Origin: Candidatus Woesearchaeota archaeon
GTDB lineage: Archaea > Nanobdellota > Nanobdellia > Woesearchaeales > DSVV01
Assembly: GCA_016192995.1 (NCBI GenBank)
Contig: JACPTB010000002.1
Coordinates: 98,283-162,282, forward strand
DNA length: 64,000 nt
Direction: 5' to 3'
Shown here piece by piece: positions 37,412 to 47,828 of the stretch. The position numbers and the translations under genes were made by a program. The first letter of the stretch is position 1. The number at the start of each line of letters is the position of its first letter. The notes beneath the pieces are model-generated. The model ran no database searches. It was given only the letters and a program-made list of their open reading frames with translations, and had not been told where the DNA came from.

Positions 37412-38671
37412 TCATACATTCCCCAATACCTTCTCAGAATCTGCTATTCGTTTAAGAGCAAGATAGTAGGCTGCATGCCGTAAACTAACATTGTTTTCAG
37501 TTGCTACTTGAGGTATATCTTTAAACGCTTTGGTTATTTTCTGCTCTAATTTTTTAATAACTTCATCTTCTTCCCAGTAATATCCTTGTAAGTTCTGCAC
37601 CCATTCAAAATAACTAACAATGACACCACCAGCATTAGCAAGAATATCAGGAATTACAATAACTCCTTTCTTAAATAAAACTGCATCAGCTTCTGCGCTT
37701 ACCGGTCCATTGGCAAGTTCAAGGATGTACTTTGCTTTGACTGAATCAACATTCTTCTTAGTAATTGCATCGCCTAAAGCAGCTGGAACAAGGATATCAA
37801 CTGGTAAAGCTAGCAATTTCTCATTAGTTATTTCTGTTGCATCTTTAAAATTTTTTAATGAACCTGATTTTTGTTTATGATCATAAACTTTTGAAATAGC
37901 CAAGCCTTTTTTATCATAAATTCCAGACTTAGAGTCACTAACAGCAACAATAGTATATCCCCATTCTGATAAAATTCTTGCCATATGATATCCTGCATTC
38001 CCAAATCCTTGTACTGCAACAGTTAGTTTTTTATGATCTAATTTTTTAAGCTTAACAAATTCACGCAGCACAAAAGCCCCGCCTTGTGAGGTTGCATAGG
38101 AACGGCCTTTGCTGCCCCCAAGAGCTAATGGCTTACCAGTTATTACTCCAGGTACTTTCTGATTGGTAATAGATTCATATTCGTCCAACATCCAAGCCAT
38201 AATTTGTTCATTAGTATTAACATCAGGAGCAGGAATATCAACATATGGCCCTATAAAAGGTGCAATCTCCCTAATATATCCTCTGCTTAGTCGTTCGAGT
38301 TCTCGTTGCGACAATGTTTTTGGATCAACAACAACACCGCCTTTTGCCCCCCCATAGGGTATATCTGCTACAGCGCATTTCAAACACATTAAAAAAGCAA
38401 GCATTTTAACTTCTTCAAGATCAACTTCTGGATGAAAACGAATCCCCCCTTTTGCTGGCCCGCGAGCATCAGAGTATTGTACACGATAACCAGAGAATAC
38501 TTTTACATTTCCATTATCCATGCGAACAGGAAAGTTAACATTGATAACACGGCGAGGAAGTTTGATAGTTTCTAACTCAGGAATTTGTAAATTTGTTTTT
38601 TTAAGTTGATCAAGTTGCAATTGACATGCTTTACAGACTGCGTCTTCATAACCCTTCATATTATCACCCAT
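37412..38671 (-). CDS. gdhA: glutamate dehydrogenase
   Basis: [14 protein letters not shown] catalytic motif and [10 protein letters not shown] Rossmann motif. Confidence 0.85.
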   Translation of the reverse strand: MGDNMKGYEDAVCKACQLQLDQLKKTNLQIPELETIKLPRRVINVNFPVRMDNGNVKVFSGYRVQYSDARGPAKGGIRFHPEVDLEEVKMLAFLMCLKCAVADIPYGGAKGGVVVDPKTLSQRELERLSRGYIREIAPFIGPYVDIPAPDVNTNEQIMAWMLDEYESITNQKVPGVITGKPLALGGSKGRSYATSQGGAFVLREFVKLKKLDHKKLTVAVQGFGNAGYHMARILSEWGYTIVAVSDSKSGIYDKKGLAISKVYDHKQKSGSLKNFKDATEITNEKLLALPVDILVPAALGDAITKKNVDSVKAKYILELANGPVSAEADAVLFKKGVIVIPDILANAGGVIVSYFEWVQNLQGYYWEEDEVIKKLEQKITKAFKDIPQVATENNVSLRHAAYYLALKRIADSEKVLGNV

Positions 38672-38753
38672 AAAAGCGAGTAAGGTGGTGTTTATATAGA
38701 TTTTGTTGAATAAACAAAATACATTTAAAATAACGTGATATTATCAAGTAATT

Positions 38754-39059
38754 ATGGGAAACAAAGAAGTTAAAGAAAAGAAAATTGATCGATTTGAAGA
38801 TATTATTAACATATTGAAAGATTATGAAAAAAATACCCCTAAAGCAGAAGGGAAAGTGAGCAGTAATCACATATATGAAAATTGTATGTGCGGTTCCAAA
38901 CATGGAGACGAACGTGATAAAGAAAAAGAGCACGCCTATCATTTGAGTGAATTAACTGATGAACCTATAACCAAAGAAGACATAGAAAAAAGATCACCCT
39001 TAATCATCAAAGATGACGAACAAGATGATGAGGATGATGAAAAAGAAGAAGAAGAGTAA
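38754..39059 (+). CDS. small acidic protein, paralog 1 (CxC...HGDE...AYHL)
   Basis: 101 aa; shares ILKDYEKNTPK...CxCG..HGDE..D.E.AYHL with next ORF. Confidence 0.4.
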   Translation: MGNKEVKEKKIDRFEDIINILKDYEKNTPKAEGKVSSNHIYENCMCGSKHGDERDKEKEHAYHLSELTDEPITKEDIEKRSPLIIKDDEQDDEDDEKEEEE

Positions 39060-39099
39060 ATCATTACATTTTAAAATAGGAAAGTTCATCACGTAGATT

Positions 39100-39366
39100 A
39101 TGCGCGAAAACAAACACAAGAAAGGAAAAAAAGATCCTCTCAAAGAGATCATCAAGATTCTAGAAGAATATGAAAAAGACACACCAAAAATGAAAGCCAA
39201 AGATACAAAAAGTACCTTTGACTCATGCAGGTGTGGCACGCCTCATGGCGATGAACAAGATACAGACCCTGATGAAGCATATCATTTAAGAAGCCATGCT
39301 GAGAATGTAGATGAAAGTGAAGTTACAGAAACAAAAGAGAAGAAAGTAAAAACAAAGAAAAAATAA
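39100..39366 (+). CDS. small acidic/basic-tailed protein, paralog 2
   Basis: 88 aa; ILEEYEKDTPK...CRCGTPHGDEQDTDPDEAYHL. Confidence 0.4.
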   Translation: MRENKHKKGKKDPLKEIIKILEEYEKDTPKMKAKDTKSTFDSCRCGTPHGDEQDTDPDEAYHLRSHAENVDESEVTETKEKKVKTKKK

Positions 39367-39376
39367 AAGATATTCT

Positions 39377-40924
39377 TTATTCTGAAGGTCTTATCCATGA
39401 TTCTTTTCTCGACATAAGCAAACAGCATAAAGTGCTTATCCCGATAGTAAACAACGATGCTCCAACAATCCAAACTGGCTTGTCAATGATATTGCCATAG
39501 ATAAAGAAAGGAACACCGATTACAAACGACGTCAACACCCCCCAAAATACTCCTCGTGCATCTAATCTATTCCAATACAAACTTAACACTGTTGGCACGA
39601 CAACACAAGCAGCAATACTATTAAAAATCCACCACAATTGTTTTAACCCAAAGTTTGGAATATAGGTAACAGCTAACGCAACTAAAAACCCAACAATTGT
39701 TATGCCAAACATCGCTAATTGTGAATTTCTGATACCCTTTTTATCAAGTTGTTTTGCAATACTTATTTCTTCAGGATTAAGCTGCCGCTGTTGATCCATT
39801 TTTTGTAAAATTTCTCGTTCTTTTGCAGTATATTTCACTACATCAGTTACATACAATGAACTTGCAGCATTTAATCCTGAATCCAACGTTGAAAGCAAAG
39901 CACTTAATAACATTACAACAAACAAAACTAATGCACTTGCAGGAAGAAATTTTGCAACTGCAACAACACCAATCATCGAGACATCAATTCCTTCAGGCAA
40001 GGTGATTCCAAGGGATGAATTAGCTGCAAGGAATCCCAAAAATGACAAGACAACAGGTACAATCCCAAACATAAAAGCACCAAACACAAATGAAGGAACT
40101 AAATTGTTCTTTTTAATGGCAAAAGCACGCTGCCAGTATTGCTGGTCTGAAATTGCTCCAGAGATAAGTCCAATTGCTGTAACAATACCAAAAGAAAATG
40201 CAACGCTTGGATCAAAAAGACTAGTGAATTTTCCACTAACTCCACCTAGTCCTAAAGTAACTGCATGAAACCCACCCACTTTTAATAATATCCATGGAAT
40301 AACAACAACAATACCAATAATAATTAAAAGAAATTGAACAAAATCAGTAACAATAGATGATTCAAGCCCTGAGATTAATGAATATGTTAAAACAATCACT
40401 GCCAATATAATCATAACAGGAATAACTGGTATGCCTGTAAGAAAAGAAACAAGATTACCTCCCGCATAAAGCTGCACGGTAACAGCCATCACTTGATAAA
40501 AAAAATAAGGAAACAAATAGATAGTATGCACTCTCTCACTTTGCAAACGATATTTAATCCACTGTGGTAAAGTGTAACCATAAGGTAATTTTTCTCGGAT
40601 TTTAGGAGCTAAAAACATAAAGATAAGCAACGCAATAATATTAGGAATAACAAACCAAAATATTCCCGGCAATCCCTGTTTATAGGACACTTGAACAGAG
40701 ATAAATAATGCTGGCGCCCAAATCCAAGATGCTGCAATACTTGCTGCGCCAAGCCACCAACTAACATTTCTTTCTGCAACAAGAAAACCTTGAATAGTTT
40801 TATATTGTTTCCATCGTGCAAAAACATACGTAATGAGAATCATAAATATGCCATAGATAACTAAAATAAGATATCCCATCCATGCCGGTAAAGTTGTTAT
40901 TGATGACATAGTTTCACACTCCAA
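39377..40924 (-). CDS. sodium:solute symporter family transporter
   Basis: ~13 TM, SSF-type N-terminal region. Confidence 0.7.
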   Translation of the reverse strand: MECETMSSITTLPAWMGYLILVIYGIFMILITYVFARWKQYKTIQGFLVAERNVSWWLGAASIAASWIWAPALFISVQVSYKQGLPGIFWFVIPNIIALLIFMFLAPKIREKLPYGYTLPQWIKYRLQSERVHTIYLFPYFFYQVMAVTVQLYAGGNLVSFLTGIPVIPVMIILAVIVLTYSLISGLESSIVTDFVQFLLIIIGIVVVIPWILLKVGGFHAVTLGLGGVSGKFTSLFDPSVAFSFGIVTAIGLISGAISDQQYWQRAFAIKKNNLVPSFVFGAFMFGIVPVVLSFLGFLAANSSLGITLPEGIDVSMIGVVAVAKFLPASALVLFVVMLLSALLSTLDSGLNAASSLYVTDVVKYTAKEREILQKMDQQRQLNPEEISIAKQLDKKGIRNSQLAMFGITIVGFLVALAVTYIPNFGLKQLWWIFNSIAACVVVPTVLSLYWNRLDARGVFWGVLTSFVIGVPFFIYGNIIDKPVWIVGASLFTIGISTLCCLLMSRKESWIRPSE

Positions 40925-41113
40925 GTAAGTTTCACTGTTAAGTGATTACAATGTGAGTTTACCCAGAAACCAACTATATTAATATTGATGGTGGCAATCA
41001 CCACCAAAAATAACAACTATTAAATAGAGGCATGTTAACTGAATATCAAATAACACTAATCTATTACATAAATATAGCAAGATTTATTAATAGATATATA
41101 CTTATAATATAAT

Positions 41114-41989
41114 ATGAATGAAAATATATGTAAAAAGATACTTGAAAACAAACAATTATTTGTACCTGCCTTATTTACTGATAAGCAGGTTGAAATCATA
41201 GAAAAACACCTGAAAAAACAGTCATTAACAAAAACAGAACAAACCTATCTTTACACGGCAATAAAGAAGAAAATGGATGCGCTTCAATGTTTGCAGGAAC
41301 AGTTTTATCTGCAAGGCAATACTTCAACGATGATCCCAGAACGAGTAGAGGAAGCAAAGCAAATATTAAAACAGCTTAACAAAGAAAAAGCATTCATTTC
41401 AGGTTCTTTTTTATTCAGCAAAAAGTATAATGATATTGACATATTTATAGTAGGAAAGCGAAGAAAGCAATATCATGAAGGGAAAAGAACATATATTGGA
41501 ATTAGAGAAAAAGACTTAAAAAAACCATTATTTTATTCTGCATTACAATACTCAATATCCAATTTTGAAATTCCACCTATAAAACCAATTATAAAAAGAC
41601 CTGAACTTAATGATATTATTTTTGCATATCAAGTTGCAATAAAAGAGATTCTTGAAAATGAAGATCAGAAGATAATCAGGGAATTATTATTAGATTATTA
41701 TTTATTTGTCGAGAATATAATCCTTAACTCATATAGCTTATCGCAGAAGATGTATAAAATAATTAACAAACAAAAAGGGAAAAAAATTGAAGAAATTAAT
41801 CATATAACAAGACAACTTATTTTAAAGTTATATTCTAAGAAGTATCTTTATGTAGTATGTACAAAGTTTGGAAAGAATATCAAAGAAACCATCCCATTAT
41901 ATCCAAAAGCCAATGATAATCTCCTCATTTATGATCAATTTATAGAGGGAATAAAACATGAATGTAGAAAATTTAAAGCAGAAACTTAA
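41114..41989 (+). CDS. nucleotidyltransferase-domain protein
   Basis: minimal NTase motif ISGSFLFSKKYNDIDIFIVG (GS...DxD). Confidence 0.45.
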   Translation: MNENICKKILENKQLFVPALFTDKQVEIIEKHLKKQSLTKTEQTYLYTAIKKKMDALQCLQEQFYLQGNTSTMIPERVEEAKQILKQLNKEKAFISGSFLFSKKYNDIDIFIVGKRRKQYHEGKRTYIGIREKDLKKPLFYSALQYSISNFEIPPIKPIIKRPELNDIIFAYQVAIKEILENEDQKIIRELLLDYYLFVENIILNSYSLSQKMYKIINKQKGKKIEEINHITRQLILKLYSKKYLYVVCTKFGKNIKETIPLYPKANDNLLIYDQFIEGIKHECRKFKAET

Positions 41990-42284
41990 AGAACTATTTG
42001 GCGAACAAGTTGTATTTAACAAAGATTTTGATAGATATGCTGAGACTATTAAGAATATCGATGAAAACCTAATGATATGGTGTCAACGATTAAAGAATGG
42101 TGAAATTAAACCTGAGTTTGGATCTATTTTTAGTGATTATGTAATTTTCATCAAAAAGATCGGATCTTCTAATAGATGTATTATAATAAAGATAAAGAAT
42201 GGGGAATTCAAAGAGGTTCATCTGGGAGATCATGCTTATTATGATAAATTAAGAAAGCAATTAGGTATTAAACAAAGTAGTTAG
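41958..42284 (+). CDS. hypothetical protein overlapping NTase gene
   Basis: 108 aa, overlaps by 32 nt. Confidence 0.3.
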   Translation: MNVENLKQKLKELFGEQVVFNKDFDRYAETIKNIDENLMIWCQRLKNGEIKPEFGSIFSDYVIFIKKIGSSNRCIIIKIKNGEFKEVHLGDHAYYDKLRKQLGIKQSS

Positions 42285-42301
42285 AATAATCAGGTGCTGA
42301 T

Positions 42302-43117
42302 ATGTACGAAGAACTATTCCGCGAAATTGGCTTAAGTCCAAACGAAGCTAGAATTTACGAAGCATTGCTCCAAACAGGCGATGCTTCAGTGCAGACTATT
42401 GCAATTAAGGCAAACATTCATCGGAGAAATGCATATGATGCTTTAAGCAGACTTTTAGAAAAAGGATTAATCTCCCAAACCATTCTCAGCAATGAGCAGC
42501 ACTTCAAAGCAACCAATCCAGAACGATTGCTTTCCATGATAAAAGAAAAAGAAGATAAAATAACAAAAGCGCTTCCGGAAATCAAGCAAAAGTTTTTTCA
42601 AAAACAAGAAAAAGAACAAGCATATATCTACAAAGGCATCCAAGGATTCAGAAATTACATGCAGGATATTCTTGATGTTGGCAAAGATGTTTATTGCATT
42701 GGCGCTAAAGGTGGATGGTTTGAACCACGATTAAAAACATTCAGATTTAGATTCTATGAAGAACTCAAAAAAAAGAACGTCAAATGCTACCATTTATTTG
42801 ATGCAGAAATGATGCAACAGCAGAACGAAGCTGAAGGACCTGTACCAGTACATCTCCATGAAGCACGATTTTTACCTGAAAAATATTCCACACACTCAGC
42901 AATTGATATTTTAGATGATCGTGTCATTACTTTCACTGGATTAAATATTAACAAGCTTGATGATGATGTCACTATATTTGTGTTAATAAGCAAAAAACTA
43001 GCTGATGATTACAAAAAATGGTTTTGGCTGATGTGGAATGCAAGTTCCCCAATTGATAAAGGAGAAGAAAAAGCTAAAGAGAACTTTGCAAAATTATGGT
43101 TACTGCCTATTTTGTGA
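42302..43117 (+). CDS. trmB: TrmB-family transcription regulator (paralog 2); last 13 codons MITE-derived
   Basis: REIGLSPNEARIYEALLQTGDASVQTIAIKANIHRRNAYDALSRLLEKGL; C-terminus ENFAKLWLLPIL encoded by MITE copy D. Confidence 0.65.
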   Translation: MYEELFREIGLSPNEARIYEALLQTGDASVQTIAIKANIHRRNAYDALSRLLEKGLISQTILSNEQHFKATNPERLLSMIKEKEDKITKALPEIKQKFFQKQEKEQAYIYKGIQGFRNYMQDILDVGKDVYCIGAKGGWFEPRLKTFRFRFYEELKKKNVKCYHLFDAEMMQQQNEAEGPVPVHLHEARFLPEKYSTHSAIDILDDRVITFTGLNINKLDDDVTIFVLISKKLADDYKKWFWLMWNASSPIDKGEEKAKENFAKLWLLPIL

Positions 43118-43222
43118 GCATTTTCGAAATACTTATCGGGCAATTTTCGGAGTTCCAGAGAGAAAATTGCTTTGTTTAACAAAGATCTCAATGCGAACTG
43201 GCAGTAACCCGAGCTTTGCATT
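43079..43222 (+). mobile_element. MITE-like repeat, family 1, copy D (right end truncated)
   Basis: GAGAACTTTGCAAAATTATGGTTACTGCC ... GGCAGTAACCCGAGCTTTGCA; core hairpin 43140-43170. Confidence 0.75.
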
Positions 43223-43282
43223 CTTATAAATATTTAATTATATTTTATATAAGGGTATTAAGAATTTCGTAGAAAATTCTTA

Positions 43283-43336
43283 CCACTAACAAGATAATAA
43301 TTTAAAAGATAATACCACTGGCAAGATAATAATTTT
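43283..43336 (+). promoter_or_regulatory. tandem direct repeats CCACT(A/G)(A/G)CAAGATAATAATTT upstream of nrdJ
   Basis: two copies spaced 31 bp, ~150 bp upstream of the nrdJ start. Confidence 0.3.
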
Positions 43337-43482
43337 GAGTGATATTGAAAATATATTTTTAAGAAACATAATATTTATATACCACGCCATGCCGTAAAAA
43401 TGAAGATATCTTGTATAATTAAACAGAAGCAACCACAAGATATTGTGTACTATCCAACGACGAACAAAAGAGGCTGAACGTC

Positions 43483-46400
43483 ATGAATGAACAAAAAATC
43501 CTGCGAATTAAAAAAAGAACTGGTGAATATGTTGGATTTGATCTGAAGAAAATTTCTAATGCTATTTTCAAAGCTGCCCAGGCAGTGGGAGGTTCTGATT
43601 ATAAAATCTCAGAACGATTAGCAGAACAAGTTTTTGACATGCTCAATGAACAGGACTTGAAAGAAGACATACCTTCAGTGGAAGATGTTCAGGATTGCGT
43701 TGAAAAAGTGCTTATTGAAACAGGACATGCAAAAACAGCAAAAGCTTTTATCTTATATAGACAAAAACGTGCAGAAGCACGATTAAAAGCTGATGCATTA
43801 GTTGGTATAAAAGGTTTGGAAGAAAAGCAAGATCCTTTTGGCGTGAATGAAGAATTATTCGGCAGTTCATTAACCAGCCATAATATCAAAGTTACGGTAA
43901 CTGAACCAATTGCAAAAATGTTTACGTATAACAGCAAATTATCCAAGTTAGTGGATAAAAATAAAATTAATGCCTATAGAAAATTATTTTATATGCTCAA
44001 GGATATGCAGAAGGAGGGTTCGTTGCCATTGCATCCTGCAAATGATTATTTAGCAGGCAATGAACTTGCCATGGATATTTACAGGAAAAAATATTATGTC
44101 CACGATCTTGATGATAACCTTATTGAGCAGCGTCCGGAAGATGTATTTGTAAGGCTTGGTTCTTATCTTGCATCTATTGAAGAAGATGAAGACAATCAAG
44201 TGTATTTTGCCCAGGAATTCTATAAAATGCTTTATGAAGGATATTTTGTGCCTGGCGGCAGAGTAATTGCTGGAGCTGGAGATTTATATAGATTAAAAAC
44301 ATTAGCAAATTGCTTTGTTTCAGTGATGGAAGATGATAACATTGAATCTATTTACAAAGCTGCTTTCGAATGTGCGCGAACATATTCATATGGGGGAGGA
44401 ATTGGCGTTGATATTTCTACCCTGCGTCCAAGAGAAGCTGTGGTACATAATGCAGCAAATTTCTCAACAGGCAGCGTTTCATTCATGGAAATCTACTCAT
44501 TAACAACAGGGTTAATTGGTCAAGCTGGAAGGCGAGGCGCATTAATGCTAACTATTGATGTTAAGCATCCTGATATTCTTAATTTTATTAGAGTCAAACA
44601 AGAATCAAATTGGGTGACAAAACAGATTAGGGAGCAATGCAGCTGGTCAGGAAAATTCAACGCTGAACAGCTGGATGCGATTGAAAAACAAGTTCGTGAA
44701 AACACCCAGGTAAGGTTTGCAAATATTAGCATGAAAGTTACTGATGAATTCATGACTGCTGTTGAAGAGCAAAATAAGTATGGAAAGGATAAAATAGTAG
44801 TGTATAAAAAATTTAGCAAATTGATTATTAATAGAGTTAACCAAAGCAAAGAAATGAATTTTGCCTTTGGCATTCCTTCAAAATATTTAGAGAATTATGA
44901 GTTATATAAAGTATTTGAAACCATTGAAGAAGCAAATGAGTTTATACATAAAGAAACAAACAAACAGATCTCCAAGCAATTGCTTGAAAATGTGCAGAAC
45001 AGGGACATTTATGGAGATGTAATTGTACCAGTAGAATCACAAAATTATGATTTAGCAGTGAGATATTCAGGTGATTATTTATTATATTTTAGTTCTGAAC
45101 CTGCAGGAGAAACAAGAAGATTAGTAAAAGCGCGGGATATTTGGGATGAATTTGTTAAAGGTAATTATCAAACAGCTGAGCCAGGATTAATATTCTGGTC
45201 AAGAATGACAAAGTATTCACCTTCTAATTATATAGGGAGACCAATTGCAAGTACAAACCCCTGTATTGCAGGAAACTCACAGGTATCAACAAGTAAAGGA
45301 TTGCAGCAAATAAAAGAGCTTGTTGGTAAAACGCCTCAGATTCTAACTGACAACCGAGTGCCTATACAAGTGAGAGATACTAACGGAAGAATTATGTTGC
45401 TCGAACAAAAACAACAAGGAGTAAGTTTTGACACTATAGAAGCAGCATGGTCATCGGGAATTAAAGAAACCTATAAACTTACCACAAAAAAGGGCTATGA
45501 AATCACTGCAACAGGTGATCATAAGATTATGACTACTGAAGGTTTTAAGCAGTTACATGAACTTACACCTAAAGATAAAATTTTAATCCAAAAAGGAGAA
45601 GGCATGGGAAACAATGATAAGCTATTATCTATTGAAAGAGATGAAATTATCAAAGGAGATAATAATCATATCTATCATTACAAATTCCCCACAACATGGT
45701 CAAAAGAACTTGGGCAATTGCTTGGTTGGACAGTAGGAGATGGATTTATCACTCCTGAACCAGATAATAGACTTGGGTTAGTATTTAGTAAAGAAGATGA
45801 AGACGTGATGAGCCAGTTAAAGAAGTTTATTGAGGAGATATATGGAAAAGAAACAAAACCAAGCATCAGAGAGTCTACAACACAATTAAGATACCATAGT
45901 AAATATTTTTGTGATTTTCTACGTAGATTAGGCATCAAAAGTGTAAAAGCTGAACTTAAGCAAGTTCCGCATAGGATATTTACTGCGCCAAAAGAAGCAG
46001 TAGTAGGATTTTTACAGGGATTGTTTACTGCTGATGGAACTATGGCAGTTGGCGAAAAAGGGAATTATATTCGATTAACTTCTAAGTCAGAAAAGCTTCT
46101 GAAAGAAATACAAATAATACTTATTAACTTAGGGATGTTATCTACAATCTATGAACGCCATCGAACTCCTCAGAAAAAATTTAATTACTATAATGCAGCT
46201 GGAGAATATAAAGAGTACATAACAGATGGGAAATTATGGGAGTTAAGTATAACTAAAGGAAGCTTGCAGCGATTTGTTGAAGAAATTGGGTTTATAGGAA
46301 GTAAACACCAAGAAAGAATAAAAGTATTTCTCACAAAGAAACAATACCAAGAACACTTTTACGATACTATAAAAAGCATAGAACCACAGGGAAAACAAGA

Positions 46401-47730
46401 AGTATTTGATCTAACAGAACCACGAACACATTCTTTTATAGCTAATGGCATTGTTATTTCAAATTGTGGTGAAGTGCCATTAGAAGACGGCGGCGCTTGT
46501 AATCTTGGATCAATTAATCTTTCTCGGTTAGTAATTGATGGTTTTACTGATACTGCAAGAATTAACTGGAACGAACTTGAACGAGTAACAAAGTTGGCTA
46601 CACGATTTTTAGATAATGTTGTTGGCTGGAATATTTCATTGAATGCTCTTGATAAACAACGGAGTGCTGCTGCAGAAACACGAAGACTTGGTTTGGGTGT
46701 TATGGGAATTGCAGATATGTTATTTCAGCTTGGTTTAGAATATGATAGTGAAGAGGGTATAGCAGTTATTGAGAAAGTTTGTCAGGTTATTGCTAATGCA
46801 GGTTATCGTGAATCCGCAGAATTAGCTGAAGAAAAGGGAGCTTCACCAGTATTTGATTATAACAAATACAGCCGCAACCCATTTTTTAAAGAAGCTCTTG
46901 ATGACAATACTAAAGAATTAGTCAAGAAAAAAGGATTGCGGAATATTGCAATACTTTCTATTGCGCCAACAGGAACTATTTCAAATATTGTATTAGGGTA
47001 TAAAGGAGAGCAAAAGAATTATATTGGTGTTAGCGGCGGTGTTGAACCGGTATTTGCAATATTTTACACGAGAAGAAGTGAAAATTTCGGCAACAAACGA
47101 TTTAACATCTTCCATTCAACAGTAAGCGCTTATTTGGATAAAAAAGGGCTCCAGGAAAAAGCGCAGTATGCAACAAGTGAAGACGAACTCCGCCAACTGT
47201 TGCCTGGATGCTTTTTTAGAACTGCCCATTATATTGAGCCTGAAAAAAGAGTTTTAATTCAGGGAGACTGCCAAAAATATACTGACCATAGTATTTCATC
47301 AACCGTCAATTTACCTGAAAGCATAAGCCCTGAAACCATTTCAGAGATTTACATTAAAGCATGGAAATTTGGCTTAAAAGGGATCACTATTTACCGTGAT
47401 GGAAGCAGGTACCCTATTTTAAGCATTCAGCAACAGCAAAGCGCATTTCAAGATTTCAAGAAAAAACAATTCAAATATGTCTCTGATGGAAAAGAAATCA
47501 TAGTAAGAGGCGACCAAGTTATAAAGCTGCCTCAGGGAAAGCTTTCAACGCCGTATCATGCGCAGAGAGAAAACATTCAAGGGATAGTGTTAACCGAGAT
47601 CACTGATCAACCAGCGATAACTGAAGAAGACAGTTCTAATAAAAATGAAGATCATAAAGATGATAACAAAGCTAAAGTCTGCACTATTAGTTTTGAAGAT
47701 GGAAAGCTTGTTAAATCATGCTCAGAGTAA
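43483..47730 (+). CDS. nrdJ: class II (adenosylcobalamin-dependent) ribonucleotide reductase with ATP-cone and intein
   Basis: N-terminal ATP-cone ILRIKKRTGEYVGFDLKKISNAIFKA; catalytic TNP-C...GEVPLEDGGACNLGSINL; C-terminal GLKGITIYRDGSR and terminal Cys pair. Confidence 0.85.
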   Translation: MNEQKILRIKKRTGEYVGFDLKKISNAIFKAAQAVGGSDYKISERLAEQVFDMLNEQDLKEDIPSVEDVQDCVEKVLIETGHAKTAKAFILYRQKRAEARLKADALVGIKGLEEKQDPFGVNEELFGSSLTSHNIKVTVTEPIAKMFTYNSKLSKLVDKNKINAYRKLFYMLKDMQKEGSLPLHPANDYLAGNELAMDIYRKKYYVHDLDDNLIEQRPEDVFVRLGSYLASIEEDEDNQVYFAQEFYKMLYEGYFVPGGRVIAGAGDLYRLKTLANCFVSVMEDDNIESIYKAAFECARTYSYGGGIGVDISTLRPREAVVHNAANFSTGSVSFMEIYSLTTGLIGQAGRRGALMLTIDVKHPDILNFIRVKQESNWVTKQIREQCSWSGKFNAEQLDAIEKQVRENTQVRFANISMKVTDEFMTAVEEQNKYGKDKIVVYKKFSKLIINRVNQSKEMNFAFGIPSKYLENYELYKVFETIEEANEFIHKETNKQISKQLLENVQNRDIYGDVIVPVESQNYDLAVRYSGDYLLYFSSEPAGETRRLVKARDIWDEFVKGNYQTAEPGLIFWSRMTKYSPSNYIGRPIASTNPCIAGNSQVSTSKGLQQIKELVGKTPQILTDNRVPIQVRDTNGRIMLLEQKQQGVSFDTIEAAWSSGIKETYKLTTKKGYEITATGDHKIMTTEGFKQLHELTPKDKILIQKGEGMGNNDKLLSIERDEIIKGDNNHIYHYKFPTTWSKELGQLLGWTVGDGFITPEPDNRLGLVFSKEDEDVMSQLKKFIEEIYGKETKPSIRESTTQLRYHSKYFCDFLRRLGIKSVKAELKQVPHRIFTAPKEAVVGFLQGLFTADGTMAVGEKGNYIRLTSKSEKLLKEIQIILINLGMLSTIYERHRTPQKKFNYYNAAGEYKEYITDGKLWELSITKGSLQRFVEEIGFIGSKHQERIKVFLTKKQYQEHFYDTIKSIEPQGKQEVFDLTEPRTHSFIANGIVISNCGEVPLEDGGACNLGSINLSRLVIDGFTDTARINWNELERVTKLATRFLDNVVGWNISLNALDKQRSAAAETRRLGLGVMGIADMLFQLGLEYDSEEGIAVIEKVCQVIANAGYRESAELAEEKGASPVFDYNKYSRNPFFKEALDDNTKELVKKKGLRNIAILSIAPTGTISNIVLGYKGEQKNYIGVSGGVEPVFAIFYTRRSENFGNKRFNIFHSTVSAYLDKKGLQEKAQYATSEDELRQLLPGCFFRTAHYIEPEKRVLIQGDCQKYTDHSISSTVNLPESISPETISEIYIKAWKFGLKGITIYRDGSRYPILSIQQQQSAFQDFKKKQFKYVSDGKEIIVRGDQVIKLPQGKLSTPYHAQRENIQGIVLTEITDQPAITEEDSSNKNEDHKDDNKAKVCTISFEDGKLVKSCSE
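45262..46464 (+). other. intein (401 aa) with LAGLIDADG homing-endonuclease domain, inserted before catalytic Cys of nrdJ
   Basis: N-terminal splice CIAGNS, block B TGDHKIMT, LAGLIDADG motifs LLGWTVGDGF and VVGFLQGLFTADG, C-terminal HSFIANGIVISN followed by extein Cys. Confidence 0.8.
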
Positions 47731-47828
47731 GAATTTCTTTTCCTTTTTTATTATCACTTGATGATTAAGGATATTTATTAATAAGTAGAGCTTATTAGAT
47801 ACAAGAACTTTACAAAATAGGTACTATT

